DNA of 64,000 nucleotides from an uncultured Actinomycetota bacterium (lineage in GTDB: Bacteria; Actinomycetota; UBA4738; HRBIN12). Under the pieces are notes generated by a model, which worked only from the letters and a program-made list of their open reading frames with translations, ran no database searches and was not told the origin of the DNA. The stretch's first letter is position 1. Each line of letters opens with the position of its first letter. Shown piece after piece: positions 10,447 through 20,116 of the stretch. The stretch covers positions 66,271 through 130,270 of the forward strand of contig CAVRUS010000012.1 of the NCBI GenBank assembly GCA_963724415.1, given 5' to 3'. The position numbers and the translations under genes are program-made.

Positions 10447-11709
10447 CTAGGGCGTCGCGACGTGCAGGATCGACTCGACGTGCCCGAACGGAAGCGTCGT
10501 GGTCGCATCCCCGGTGCCGGTGTCCACGAGCGCGACGGGGCCTCCCAGGGCGGCGTAGAGGCGAGCGCCGTCCTCCGACATCGCCAGCCCGGTCACATCG
10601 CCGGGCAGCGGCCATCGCCCCAGGACCTCCAGCGTTCGGGTGTCGATGCGAGCGAGGGACGAACCTCCATCGCCGACGAACAGCGTGTGCCCGTCGACGC
10701 TGATCCTCGCCGACGTCCGTCCCTGTTCGAGCGGTCCGAGGTCGATCCGCTCGGACCGGGTGATCTCCAGGGTCCGGGTGTCCATCACCGCGATGCGCCC
10801 ACGCATCGAGTCGACGATGTACAGGGAGCGGCCGTCGGGGGAGGACGTCATCGCCTGCGCTCTCGCCGGCTCTCCCCAGAGCGAGCGGGGAAGCCCGGCG
10901 CAATACGCCCATCCCTGGCGGAGGTTCAGCACGTGGACGAAGCTCACCTCGCGCCCGCCGTAGGAGGACCCCGCCCAATGGTCGTGGGAGTGCTCGGCCG
11001 TGCGGTTCGTGTACAGGGTGTAGAGCTGCTCGGAGGCCGGATCGAAGACCTGCGCGAGCCGGATCCCCGGCATGCGCTCCGGCGGCGTCTCGAACCGGCC
11101 GAACACCGGATGGACCCTCCCGTCCCCGAGGTCGAGGAACGTGACCCGATAGGAGGTCGGCGCTTCGGCCGGGAGGTACTGGATCAGGAACAGGCGTGAG
11201 TCGTCGATCGAGAACGCTTCGGGCTCGAAGTTCCCCGGCAGCCGATACCGGCGCGTCGGATCCTCACCCGCGGGGTCGACAACGACGATCCTGGTGTGCG
11301 TGCGTGGAAGCGCGGACGTCGCATCGACACCGACCGGGAGGGGAGCCAGGAGCGCGACGGCGCGACCCGTGAGCGATGCGGCCCGAGCGTCGAGGCTCCC
11401 TCGGATCCTCGTGGAGGAGAGGACGGCGCCGGTGGAGGAATCCCGCGTCTCGAGCGTCGTCGATCCGTCGTTCCGCGTCGTCGCGTAGAGCCGCGAGCCG
11501 TCCGGCGCCGCGAGCTGTGAGCCACGGGAGGAGAGCACGGCGCCGGACGAGGAGCCGACGATCACCGTCCCGTCCCTCGTCCCGAGCACGAGCACGTCGT
11601 GGAGGACGGGATCGATCGGTTCGGCCTCGCGTCCCGGTGGAACCGTCGGACCCGTGCACGCGACGGCGGCCACCAGCAGCATCGGGACGATGATCGAACG
11701 GGCTCGCAT
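10447..11709 (-). CDS. Secreted / lipoprotein beta-propeller repeat protein (YVTN / PQQ-like repeats).
   Basis: ATG at 11709 with GAGGAGG RBS. Signal peptide MRARSIIVPMLLVAAVACTGP. Repeated ...DG.RLY... blades (GSRLYATT, GRSLYIVD, GHTLFVGD, GARLYAAL). Confidence 0.6.
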   Translation of the reverse strand: MRARSIIVPMLLVAAVACTGPTVPPGREAEPIDPVLHDVLVLGTRDGTVIVGSSSGAVLSSRGSQLAAPDGSRLYATTRNDGSTTLETRDSSTGAVLSSTRIRGSLDARAASLTGRAVALLAPLPVGVDATSALPRTHTRIVVVDPAGEDPTRRYRLPGNFEPEAFSIDDSRLFLIQYLPAEAPTSYRVTFLDLGDGRVHPVFGRFETPPERMPGIRLAQVFDPASEQLYTLYTNRTAEHSHDHWAGSSYGGREVSFVHVLNLRQGWAYCAGLPRSLWGEPARAQAMTSSPDGRSLYIVDSMRGRIAVMDTRTLEITRSERIDLGPLEQGRTSARISVDGHTLFVGDGGSSLARIDTRTLEVLGRWPLPGDVTGLAMSEDGARLYAALGGPVALVDTGTGDATTTLPFGHVESILHVATP

Positions 11710-11726
11710 CGCGCCACCTCCTCTGT

Positions 11727-11792
11727 CTCGTGCGCTATCGCTTCGCTCCTTGAGCGCTTCTCGTGCGCTATCGCTTCGCTCCTTGAGCGCTT
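11727..11792. repeat. Perfect 33-bp tandem direct repeat x2 (ctcgtgcgctatcgcttcgctccttgagcgctt). It lies immediately upstream of the RBS of the beta-propeller lipoprotein gene, in a divergent intergenic region.
   Basis: Read directly: copy 1 at 11727-11759, copy 2 at 11760-11792, identical. Confidence 0.9.
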
Positions 11793-11935
11793 GTCGGATC
11801 GGTCGGATGATGCGATCGGATCGCGACGCATCTGAGTGTACCCGGTCGGCGCGCCGGAAGTTCCGAGGAACGAACGGAACCTTCGGAGACGCGGCTCGGT
11901 CTCTGGCATGGATGGTCGAGACGAGGAGGTCACGG

Positions 11936-12715
11936 ATGCGCACGATCCGACGGAAACGCTTCCAGGTGTTCCTGACGACGATGATCGGAGCCGCGATGCT
12001 CCTCCCGCCGTCGGCGGCCGGCGCGAACGGCGGCGCGTATCTCGAGTTCGATCGGACGTACTACCTCCCCGGCGACGCGGGCCACGCGGTGACGTACGTC
12101 TCGCTCCCGGCGAGCAAGGAACATCTCCTCGACGAAGGGCCCTTCTACGTGTTCGCGCTCGCGCGGGGAACGTCCCTCAAGGAGGGTCGCCCGATCCCGC
12201 CCGGCGCGGTGCGCCTCGGGACCGTGTCGGTGACGGAGGAGGACGAGTCGTACGAATTCACGACCGAGTTCACGGTGCCCGAGCTCGATCCGGGGTTCTA
12301 CGAGATCGGGGTGTGCAACGAGCCCTGCACGATCTCGGGGTTCCGGGAGGCGCTCGGTGGCTCGCTGACGATCGTCGAGACCCGCCGCGAGGCGCAGCTG
12401 CTCACCCAGAACGATCGTCTCCGAGGTGAGCTCTTCGGCGCCCGCCGGGAGGCTCGACGGGCGGAGCGGCGACTGACGGCCGCGCAGGACGAGCTCGATG
12501 CTCAGCTCGCGTTCGGAGATTCGGAACGGACCGAGCTCGCCGCCGAGATCGAGCGACTCGAGACGCAGCTCGCCGCGGCTCGCTCGCGCCAGGCCGATCA
12601 GGGACGGACGCCCTTCGATCCCTGGGTGGTGGGCGCGATCCTCCTCGTGACACTCGTCGTCGCGGTCCTGGCGTTCCGACGGCGACGGATGCTTCCGGCG
12701 ATGACCGACCTGTAG
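11936..12715 (+). CDS. Hypothetical secreted protein with a coiled-coil segment and C-terminal TM anchor.
   Basis: GAGGAGG RBS 5 nt upstream of ATG. Signal peptide, Ala/Arg/Glu-rich heptad region, C-terminal VVGAILLVTLVVAVLAF. Confidence 0.5.
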   Translation: MRTIRRKRFQVFLTTMIGAAMLLPPSAAGANGGAYLEFDRTYYLPGDAGHAVTYVSLPASKEHLLDEGPFYVFALARGTSLKEGRPIPPGAVRLGTVSVTEEDESYEFTTEFTVPELDPGFYEIGVCNEPCTISGFREALGGSLTIVETRREAQLLTQNDRLRGELFGARREARRAERRLTAAQDELDAQLAFGDSERTELAAEIERLETQLAAARSRQADQGRTPFDPWVVGAILLVTLVVAVLAFRRRRMLPAMTDL

Positions 12716-12747
12716 CGCTCGAGCGCGACCCGCGGCATCATCGGGGG

Positions 12748-13368
12748 ATGGCGCACGAGCCGCTCCCCGCCGGGCTCGACCTCCGTGCGGCGTTGCGCGC
12801 GTGCGCTCGGGTCGGTCACGCGCGCGTACCCGACGCCGTGGGGGCGGACTTCCTCCGTGATCTCCGCCGAGAGCTCGACGCTGGCCCGTTCCGGCCGTTC
12901 GGCGAGTCCTTCGGACCGGTCCGTCAACAGATCGACGGCTTCGACGTCCCGCTTCCGTCCGACGACTTCCCTCTGCTCACCGAGCTCTGTCGCGAGCTCC
13001 GAGACCGCGTGCGCCTGCACGGTCGGGGCCTCCGGGGACTCGCTACCTGGAGTCCGAACGAGGTGGGCATCGCGCACTACGTCCCGGGCTCGATCGGCAT
13101 CACGCCGCACATGGACGGGAAGTGGTACCGGCGGCTCGTCGTCGTGGCGACCGTCACCGGTCGAGCGCCGTTCGCGATCTGCCGTTCCCGGGACCCCGAC
13201 GACGTGCTGGAGCGCTGGGTCGCCGGTCCCGGTGACCTCGTGCTGATGCGCGGCCCCGGGCTCGCAGGCACTCGGGACGGTCGTCCCTTCCATCTGGTGG
13301 AGGGCCCGCGCCGAGGGGAGCGCCTTTCGCTCGGGATCCGGATGTCGGCGCGACCTCGTGAGCCGTGA
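12748..13368 (+). CDS. 2OG-Fe(II) oxygenase superfamily protein (AlkB-like fold), tentative.
   Basis: Possible H-x-D ... H triad (ITPHMDG ... FHLVEG) and RLSLGIR (R-x-S). Weak. Confidence 0.35.
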   Translation: MAHEPLPAGLDLRAALRACARVGHARVPDAVGADFLRDLRRELDAGPFRPFGESFGPVRQQIDGFDVPLPSDDFPLLTELCRELRDRVRLHGRGLRGLATWSPNEVGIAHYVPGSIGITPHMDGKWYRRLVVVATVTGRAPFAICRSRDPDDVLERWVAGPGDLVLMRGPGLAGTRDGRPFHLVEGPRRGERLSLGIRMSARPREP

Positions 13369-13408
13369 GGCGTCCTGAACTCTCATCCGTTCCTCATCTT
13401 CCTGAGGC

Positions 13409-14098
13409 ATGCTGACGACGCCGATGCGCGCGCTGGTGGTGGAGGACGGGTCGAAGATGGCTGCGCTCCTCCGGCGGGGGCTGCAGGAGGAGGGGTTCGC
13501 GGTCGACGTCGCCGGGTCCGGCGAAGACGGAACGTGGTTCGGCACCGAGAACGACTACGACGTGATCCTGCTCGACGTGATGCTCCCGGACATCGACGGG
13601 TTCGAGGTCTGCCGCCGCTTGCGCGCGGCGGACCGATGGGCGCCCATCCTGATGCTGACCGCGCGCGACGGCGTCCGGGACCGGGTCACCGGCCTGGACG
13701 CCGGCGCCGACGACTACCTCACGAAGCCGTTCTCGTTCGACGAGCTCTTCGCTCGCGTGCGGGCCCTCCTCCGGCGGGGGCCATCGGAACGGCCCCCGGT
13801 GCTCGTGGTCGGCGATCTCGTCCTCGATCCCGCGACCCGCCGGATCACGCGCCAGGATCAGGAGATCGACCTCACGCCGAAGGAGTTCGGTCTCCTCGAA
13901 CTGTTCCTCCGTCACCCGGGTGAGGTCCTGTCGCGAACGCGGATCCTCGAGCACGTTTGGGACTTCGCCTACGACGGCGACTCGAACGTGGTCGACGTCT
14001 ACGTCCGCTACCTCCGGGAGAAGATCGACCGCCCCTTCGGCCGCCGCTCGATCGAGACGGTTCGAGGCGTGGGGTACCGCCTGCGGGAGGACCCGTGA
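13409..14098 (+). CDS. OmpR-family response regulator (receiver plus winged-helix).
   Basis: ALVVEDG...DVILLDVMLPDIDG...LMLTAR...YLTKPF. C-terminal trans_reg_C (LTPKEFGLLELFLRHPGEVLSR...VRGVGYRL). Confidence 0.9.
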   Translation: MLTTPMRALVVEDGSKMAALLRRGLQEEGFAVDVAGSGEDGTWFGTENDYDVILLDVMLPDIDGFEVCRRLRAADRWAPILMLTARDGVRDRVTGLDAGADDYLTKPFSFDELFARVRALLRRGPSERPPVLVVGDLVLDPATRRITRQDQEIDLTPKEFGLLELFLRHPGEVLSRTRILEHVWDFAYDGDSNVVDVYVRYLREKIDRPFGRRSIETVRGVGYRLREDP

Positions 14099-14143
14099 GA
14101 GGACTGGCGATCCGGACGCAGGCTGACGCTCGTCTTCGCGGGC

Positions 14144-15427
14144 ATGACGGTCGTCGTCCTGGGGATCGGCGTGATCGCCCTCGTGCTCGGGTTCCGGAGT
14201 GAGCTGTGGCGCTCCGTCGATGAAGGATTGGTCGAGCGAGCATCGACGCTTGCGGTGGATCCACTCGACGCCGTGACGGCGATGACCGGCTCAGACGATG
14301 TGTTCGCTCAGGTGCGTCTCCGGACCGAGATCCTTGCATCGAGCCCAGGCCTCGGAGACGAACCGCTTCCGCTTCCCCCTTCCGACGGCTCGTGCGAGCC
14401 GGGGTTCCTCGAGGCCGATGTCACCATCGGAGGGGAATCGGTACCGGCCCGCCTGTACGCGACGTGCGTTCTGGACGGCTCGACGCTCGTCGTCGGGCAA
14501 GACGTGGAAGATCAACGCCTCGCGATCGCCCGCTTGACCGCGATCGTCGCGATCGGCGGCCCGATCCTTCTCGCCGCGATGGCGGGTCTCGGGTGGGTGC
14601 TCGCCGGGGCCGCGCTCCGGCCCGTCGAGCGTCTCCGCGCCGAAGCTGCCGCCCTCTCGCTCGCCGAACCGGCCCGCCGACTGCCGGTGCCCGAGACGGG
14701 CGACGAGCTGCAGCGGCTCGCCGAGACGCTGAACGGGATGCTCGATCGCGTCCACGAGTCACTCGAACGCGAACGGCGCCTCGTCGACGAGGCGAGCCAC
14801 GAGCTTCGGACGCCACTCGGCGTCGTGCAGGCCGAGCTCGATCTGGCGTTGCGCGAGCCGCGGAGCCGCGAGGAGCTCGAGGCCGCCCTGCGGAGCATCA
14901 CGCAGGAGACGGACCGACTCCGCCGACTGACCGAGGATCTCCTCGTGCTGGCTCGATCCGATCACGGGCGCATCCCCGTCCATCGCACCGACGTGGACGT
15001 ATCGGAGATCCTCCAGCGCGTCGCTCACGAGTTCGCCGACAACGCCGCGCGGGTCGACGTGGAGGTCCGGGTCTCCGGCCCACCGCTCCGCGCGCGTCTC
15101 GATGGCGACCGGGTCCGGCAGGCGGTGGAGAACCTCGTGGCGAACGCGATCCGGCATGCGGACCGAGGCGGGGTCGTGGAGGTGACTGCGGTTCGCGACG
15201 CCGATGCGCTCCGGATCGTCGTGCGAGATCCCGGTCCCGGGTTCGCGGAGGACGTGATCGACCGCGCGTTCGAGCCGTTCGCGAGGGCGGACGGGGATCG
15301 GGCGAACGACGGCGCGGGACTCGGCCTCGCGATCGTGAGAGCGGTCGCGGAGGCCCACGGCGGGTCGGCCACGGCCCGGAACCTGGACGGCGGCGGCGCA
15401 GAGGTCTCCATCGAGGTGCCGGTCTGA
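14144..15427 (+). CDS. Sensor histidine kinase (2 TM, HAMP, HisKA, HATPase_c).
   Basis: H-box ASHELRTPLGVVQAELDLAL, N-box LVANAIRHA, G-boxes DPGPGF / GAGLGLAIV. The frame-2 stop of the RR sits directly upstream. Confidence 0.85.
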   Translation: MTVVVLGIGVIALVLGFRSELWRSVDEGLVERASTLAVDPLDAVTAMTGSDDVFAQVRLRTEILASSPGLGDEPLPLPPSDGSCEPGFLEADVTIGGESVPARLYATCVLDGSTLVVGQDVEDQRLAIARLTAIVAIGGPILLAAMAGLGWVLAGAALRPVERLRAEAAALSLAEPARRLPVPETGDELQRLAETLNGMLDRVHESLERERRLVDEASHELRTPLGVVQAELDLALREPRSREELEAALRSITQETDRLRRLTEDLLVLARSDHGRIPVHRTDVDVSEILQRVAHEFADNAARVDVEVRVSGPPLRARLDGDRVRQAVENLVANAIRHADRGGVVEVTAVRDADALRIVVRDPGPGFAEDVIDRAFEPFARADGDRANDGAGLGLAIVRAVAEAHGGSATARNLDGGGAEVSIEVPV

Positions 15428-15505
15428 CCTTCATCGGTCTCTCACGGTGTTCTCACGGCCGGACGCGCAGGATCGCTCCCGGATCATCCACGAGAGGAGA
15501 GAACG

Positions 15506-15832
15506 ATGGATCGGAAGCGGAGGTGGATCGCTGGAGGAGCCGTCGCACTGGTGGTCGTGGGCGGAACGACCGGTTTCGCGATCGCGTCGGCGGGCGACGA
15601 CGACCAGCCGCTCACCGGCTCCGCGCTCGAGGAGGCGACCGCCGCGGCGCTCGCGCACACGGGCGGCGGGACCGTGATCGAGTCCGAGGCGGGAGACGAT
15701 GGTGCGGCCTACGGCGTGGAGATCCGCCTCGATGACGGCACCGTGGTCGAGGTCACGCTCGACGCGGACTTCCGAGTGATCGGAGCCGGATCCGACGATG
15801 ACGGGACGGAGGACGGCGCCTCGGACGACTGA
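15506..15832 (+). CDS. PepSY-domain protein (secreted / membrane-anchored).
   Basis: AGGAGAG RBS. N-terminal TM. TGGGTVIESEAGDDGAAYGVEIRLDDGTVVEVTLDADFRVIG is a typical PepSY beta-strand pair. Confidence 0.65.
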   Translation: MDRKRRWIAGGAVALVVVGGTTGFAIASAGDDDQPLTGSALEEATAAALAHTGGGTVIESEAGDDGAAYGVEIRLDDGTVVEVTLDADFRVIGAGSDDDGTEDGASDD

Positions 15833-15855
15833 CGGAAGCCGCCCGGCCGACCCTC

Positions 15856-17445
15856 CTAGGAGACCTCGACAGAGATCGTGTGATGGCCGGTCGCGCCGTC
15901 CGGGAACGGAGGGACGCGGTCGGTGGTCTGCGTCGCACCGTCGCCGTCCGTCGCCCGGACCGCCAGGGTGTGCGGCCCGGATCTCGCGTTCCATCGGTAC
16001 ACCCACTGCCGCCACGTGTCGACGGTGTCCTCGGCCCCGAGCTCGGCACCCTCCCACGGGCCGTCGTCGACCCGCACCTCGACACGCTCGATACCACGAT
16101 GCTGCGCCCACGCGACCCCCGCCACGGGGACGACGCCGGGAGCGAGCGTCGCTCGGGAGGCTGGCGTGTCGATCCTCGATTGCGTCTTGACCGGTGCCTC
16201 CTTCGCCCAGCCCCGCTGGATCCAGTACGCGTCGTAGGCATCGAGCGTCGTGAGCTCGAGGTCGACCAGCCACTTCATGGCGGACACGTAGCCGTACAGG
16301 CCGGGCACGATCATCCGGACCGGGAACCCGTGCTCCAACGGGAGGGGCTCGCCGTTCATCGAGACGGCGAGCATCGCGTCCCGGCCGTCCAACACGACGG
16401 CGGTCGGCGTGCCGATCGTGAAGCCGTCGGCCGAGCGAGACACGATCTGCGACGCGTCGGGGTGCACCCCTGCATCCCGGAGGAGGTCCGCGAGCGGCGC
16501 GCCGACCCAGCGCGCGTTCCCCACGTAGCGCCCGCCGACCTCGTTCGAGACGCACGCGATCGTGACGTCGCGCTCGATCATCGGGCGAGCCAGGAGCTCG
16601 TCGAGATCGAGGGTGAGGTCTCGGTCGACCATCCCGTGCACCCGCAAAGTCCACGTCTCGGCATCGATCGCAGGGACGAACAGCGCCGTGTCGACGCGGT
16701 AGAAATCCGGGTTCGGCGTGAGGAACGGGCCGACGCCGGGCACCCCGAGGTCCGCGCCGGCCGGGGTCGGCGGCCCGGCGACCGCCGGTGGGGGGATCTG
16801 CACGGCGGCTCGCGAGTCCGCGGCGGTCGCTCGGCTGGTGAGGAGGCGTCCGAGACCGCCGGCCACGATGGTGACGCCCGCCGCAGCGAAGCCCGCCTGC
16901 AGGAACCGCCTCCGGTCGTAGCCCCGTATCGAGGGCTCCGGCGTTTCGTCAGAGATGTCGGCCGTTGGCAGTCCCGCCGCCTCCCGCAGCATCCGGTACG
17001 TCAACACGCCGACCGCTGCGCCGACGATCGACGGGATCGCGTCGATCAGATCGTTCGCGGGCCGGGTGACGGCGGCGGCCGCGCCGATCGCTCCGAGCAC
17101 CACGCAGGCGGCGATGCCGAGGCGTGGCCGCCGCCACGCCGCCGCTCCCACGATCGCGACGGCGATCGTGAGCACCACGCCGATCCCGATCAGGAGCGCG
17201 AGCTTGTCCTCCTCGCCGAACGTCCTGATCGCGAAGGACTTCAGCCACTCCGGGCTCGCGTCGACGACGGCGCCGCCCACGGCGACGATCGGTGACGATC
17301 CGGGCCCGAACACGGCCGCGAGCAGCTCCGCGACGCCGAGGGCCACGCCCGCGGCGAGCACCCCCACGACGGCGCCCGCGGCCCAGCGGGGACCGGGTGT
17401 GTCCCCGGCCTCGGCTCTTCCGCTCACTTCCTCGAGTGTGCCCAT
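15856..17445 (-). CDS. Membrane-anchored molybdopterin-dependent oxidoreductase (sulfite-oxidase / MsrP-YedY family).
   Basis: N-terminal multi-TM segment, Tat-like RRRFLQAGFAAAG, Moco-binding core (...CVSNEVGG...NARWVGAPLADLL...) and dimerisation-like C-terminal domain. Confidence 0.75.
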   Translation of the reverse strand: MGTLEEVSGRAEAGDTPGPRWAAGAVVGVLAAGVALGVAELLAAVFGPGSSPIVAVGGAVVDASPEWLKSFAIRTFGEEDKLALLIGIGVVLTIAVAIVGAAAWRRPRLGIAACVVLGAIGAAAAVTRPANDLIDAIPSIVGAAVGVLTYRMLREAAGLPTADISDETPEPSIRGYDRRRFLQAGFAAAGVTIVAGGLGRLLTSRATAADSRAAVQIPPPAVAGPPTPAGADLGVPGVGPFLTPNPDFYRVDTALFVPAIDAETWTLRVHGMVDRDLTLDLDELLARPMIERDVTIACVSNEVGGRYVGNARWVGAPLADLLRDAGVHPDASQIVSRSADGFTIGTPTAVVLDGRDAMLAVSMNGEPLPLEHGFPVRMIVPGLYGYVSAMKWLVDLELTTLDAYDAYWIQRGWAKEAPVKTQSRIDTPASRATLAPGVVPVAGVAWAQHRGIERVEVRVDDGPWEGAELGAEDTVDTWRQWVYRWNARSGPHTLAVRATDGDGATQTTDRVPPFPDGATGHHTISVEVS

Positions 17446-17530
17446 CTCCTGCGACGTTACGACTCCACGTGGTTTCCGTTCGAGATAGGCTCCTGCGAGC
17501 GTTCCCCCGACGACTCCAGGAGGACACCAG

Positions 17531-19094
17531 GATGTCTCGACGCCTCCTCGCCCTGAGCAGCGCGCTTGGGCTCATGCTCCTGCTCTTCACGCCCACGGCC
17601 GAGGCCACCCCGATCACCGTCAAGGTGATGACGCTGAACATCTTCTACGGCGGTGATGAGTGGAACCTCGACACGGGCCAGTGGTGCGCGGACGCCGCGG
17701 GCTGCCCCGAGACGATCGGGCACGTCGTCTCGGCGATCCAGGCGGCCGACCCCGACATCATCGGCTTCCAGGAGGGGACGGCCAACGAGTGCGTGATCGC
17801 GGATCGACTGGCGTGGTTCTGCGAGCCGCGGCTCCAGCTGATCTCGCGCTTCCCGCTCGTCGATCCTCCTGGCGCGAACGGCGCCTACGTGCTCGCCGAG
17901 GTGGCAACGGGACGGTTCGTCGCGGTCTCGAACGTGCACCTCCCGTCGGATCCGTATGGCCCGTACTGGGTGCGGGACGGCGAACCGCGAGCTGCGGTGC
18001 TCGAGCTGGAGCGAACCACGCGCCTCCCAGCGATCCAGCAGCAGCTCGACGTGCTCCCCGGCCTTGCCGACGACGGCATGCCTGTGTTCCTCACCGGCGA
18101 CTTCAACTCTCCCTCGCATCTCGACTGGACCCCCGCGGTCGACGCCGTCCGCGAAGAGGTGCGATATCCGGTCTCGTGGCCGGTCTCCGCGGCTCTCGCC
18201 GACGCGGGCTTCCGCGACTCGTACCGCGAGATCCACCCCGATCCCGTCGCCGTGCCCGGCTTCACCTGGACGCCGCCCGGCACCTTGGAGTCGGTGCCCG
18301 ACGAGGTCCACGATCGGATCGATTGGGTGCTCGTCCAGGGTCCTGCCGAGACGGTCGCGACGGAGCTGGTCGGCGAGGCCGGAGGGCCCGACGTGGACAT
18401 CGAGCGGGACCCGTATCCGACGGATCACCGCGGCGTGGTCTCCACCTTCCGCGTGGAGGCCGCCGACCTCCCCCCGTTCGCGGCGGTGGCCGCGCGCCGG
18501 GTCTTCGTGGGTGAGGACCTTGACGTCCGCGTGCACGGGCCCGCATCACGCGTCGTGCTCGTCCCGAAGGGGCAGGGGCCGGGCGCGGCCCTCGCCTCGC
18601 TCGCGGTGGGCGGCGCCGATGTCACCCTCACGTTCCCCACCGGTGCCGTGTCACCCGGCGCGTATCAGGCGCTCCTGCTGAACGCCGGCGACACGGTCCT
18701 GTCCCGAAGTCCGTTCTGGCTGTACGCGGCGGGGACCTCGCCACGGGTCCGGACGACGCAGGACGTCTACGAGGTGGGCGAGCCGATCCGGGTGCGCTGG
18801 CGAGCCGCCCCCGGGTACCGGTTCGACTGGATGGGGGTGTACGCCCCCGGCCGCGGCCCGGCGCAGAACGCGGAGGACTGCAACGCGGGGAGCTGCGGCA
18901 ACGGCCACTACCTCCTGTACCACTACACGGACACGCGGATCCAAGGGTCGGCGTTGCTCGGCCCCGACTCCTTCCCGGGATATCGCACCTGGCCGTTGAA
19001 GGTCGGGACCTACGAGATCCGGCTCCTGATGGACGACGGCTACCGCCTCCTGGCGATCTCCAACTCCTTCAAGATCGTGCACGCGTCGTCGTAG
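17531..19094 (+). CDS. Secreted endonuclease/exonuclease/phosphatase (EEP) family protein with a C-terminal beta-sandwich extension.
   Basis: CCAGGAGG RBS. Signal peptide. EEP motifs (VMTLNIFYGG...IGFQE...VSNVHL...FLTGDFNSPSH...DRIDWVL...TDHRGV). Confidence 0.75.
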
Positions 19095-19100
19095 GGGCTC

Positions 19101-19120
19101 GCCGCCACCCGGGTGGCGGC
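19101..19120 (+). terminator. Perfect 20-nt GC palindrome (gccgccacccgggtggcggc) directly after the EEP stop codon. Candidate intrinsic terminator hairpin, no U-tract.
   Basis: Read directly. 8-bp stem, 4-nt loop. Confidence 0.4.
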
Positions 19121-19140
19121 GGGTTACGGTGGGCGCCGAG

Positions 19141-20030
19141 ATGTCTCCCGCCCTGCTCATCGTGCTCGGCGTGATCGCGCTCGTCGCGGTCGCGTACTTC
19201 GCCGGCCTCCGGCCGGCACCCGCCCGCGGCCGCAAGCCGACGCCCGGCATCCTCCGCCGCCGATCCAAGTGGCGGAAGGTCCTCCCCGTCATCCCGCTCC
19301 TCGGGGCCGTCGGGTGCCTCGTCTACGCGTTCAGCGGGTTCCGGTTCAACGTCGAGGAGACCGCGCCGGTGATCGTGCTCGTGATGGACGTGTCGAACTC
19401 GATGGATGCCACGGATGTCGAGCCGAACCGTCTCGTGGCGGCGGAAGATGCCGCGAACGCGTTCCTCGACGAGCTCCCCCCGGAGTTCCGGGTCGGTCTG
19501 GCGACCTTCGCGGGGGAGGCCACGCTCGATGGTCGACCCCACGCCAGGCCCGCGGAGAGGTCGTCGACGCGCTCGGCGGGACTCACCACCTCACGGGGAA
19601 CGGTGATCGGCGACGGGCTCACGGTCGCGCTCGACGTGATCGAGGAGATCCGGCTCGATGCGCCGGACACCCCCGCGGCCGCCCTGCTCCTGTCCGACGG
19701 CCGGGACACCGGGAGCCGAGGTACCCCCCGGCGAGGCCGCGGCGCGAGCCGGCTTCACTCGACGTTCCGGTGTTCACGGTCGTCGTCGGTCAGGTAGCCG
19801 AGGACGATGGTTCCGGTGCCGACCTCGACGCCATGGAAGCGATCGCCACCACGAGCGGCGGCGACACGTTCACCGCCGAGACGAGTGACGAGCTCACGAC
19901 GATCTACGCGGACCTCGGATCCGAGCTGTCGGTGGAGCTGGACGTCGAGCCGTCCACCACGCCTCTGGTGATCGCGGCGATCGCCCTGACCGTGCTCTCC
20001 GGGCTCATGCTCCTCTACGCTCCCCGCTGA
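19141..20030 (+). CDS. VWA-domain membrane protein (BatA-like), frame-shifted at least once and probably three times as assembled.
   Basis: N-terminal TM. MIDAS VLVMDVSNSMDA. GTVIGDGL and LLLSDGRDTG in frame 1. ARGEVVDALGG and the conserved C-terminus LDVPVFTVVVGQ...TGGDTFTAETSDELTTIYADLGSEL plus terminal TM are in frame 3 (ORF 19113..20030). Confidence 0.65.
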
Positions 20031-20116
20031 TCGCGCTCACCCGCCCGGTTCTCCTCGACCGGGATGGCCTCCTCGCCAGGCGTAGGAGACGACCAGCTGG
20101 GGTATCTCCCCATCGG

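Noticed and set aside
11562-11933. 123-aa ORF spanning the 33-bp tandem repeat (the repeat would encode a duplicated SRSEAIAHE peptide).
   Set aside because: It lies antisense to the direction expected and has no RBS. The duplication is better explained as a noncoding promoter-region repeat.
15880-17295. 471-aa plus-strand ORF antisense to the Mo-oxidoreductase.
   Set aside because: Same reasoning. No start context or conserved motifs.
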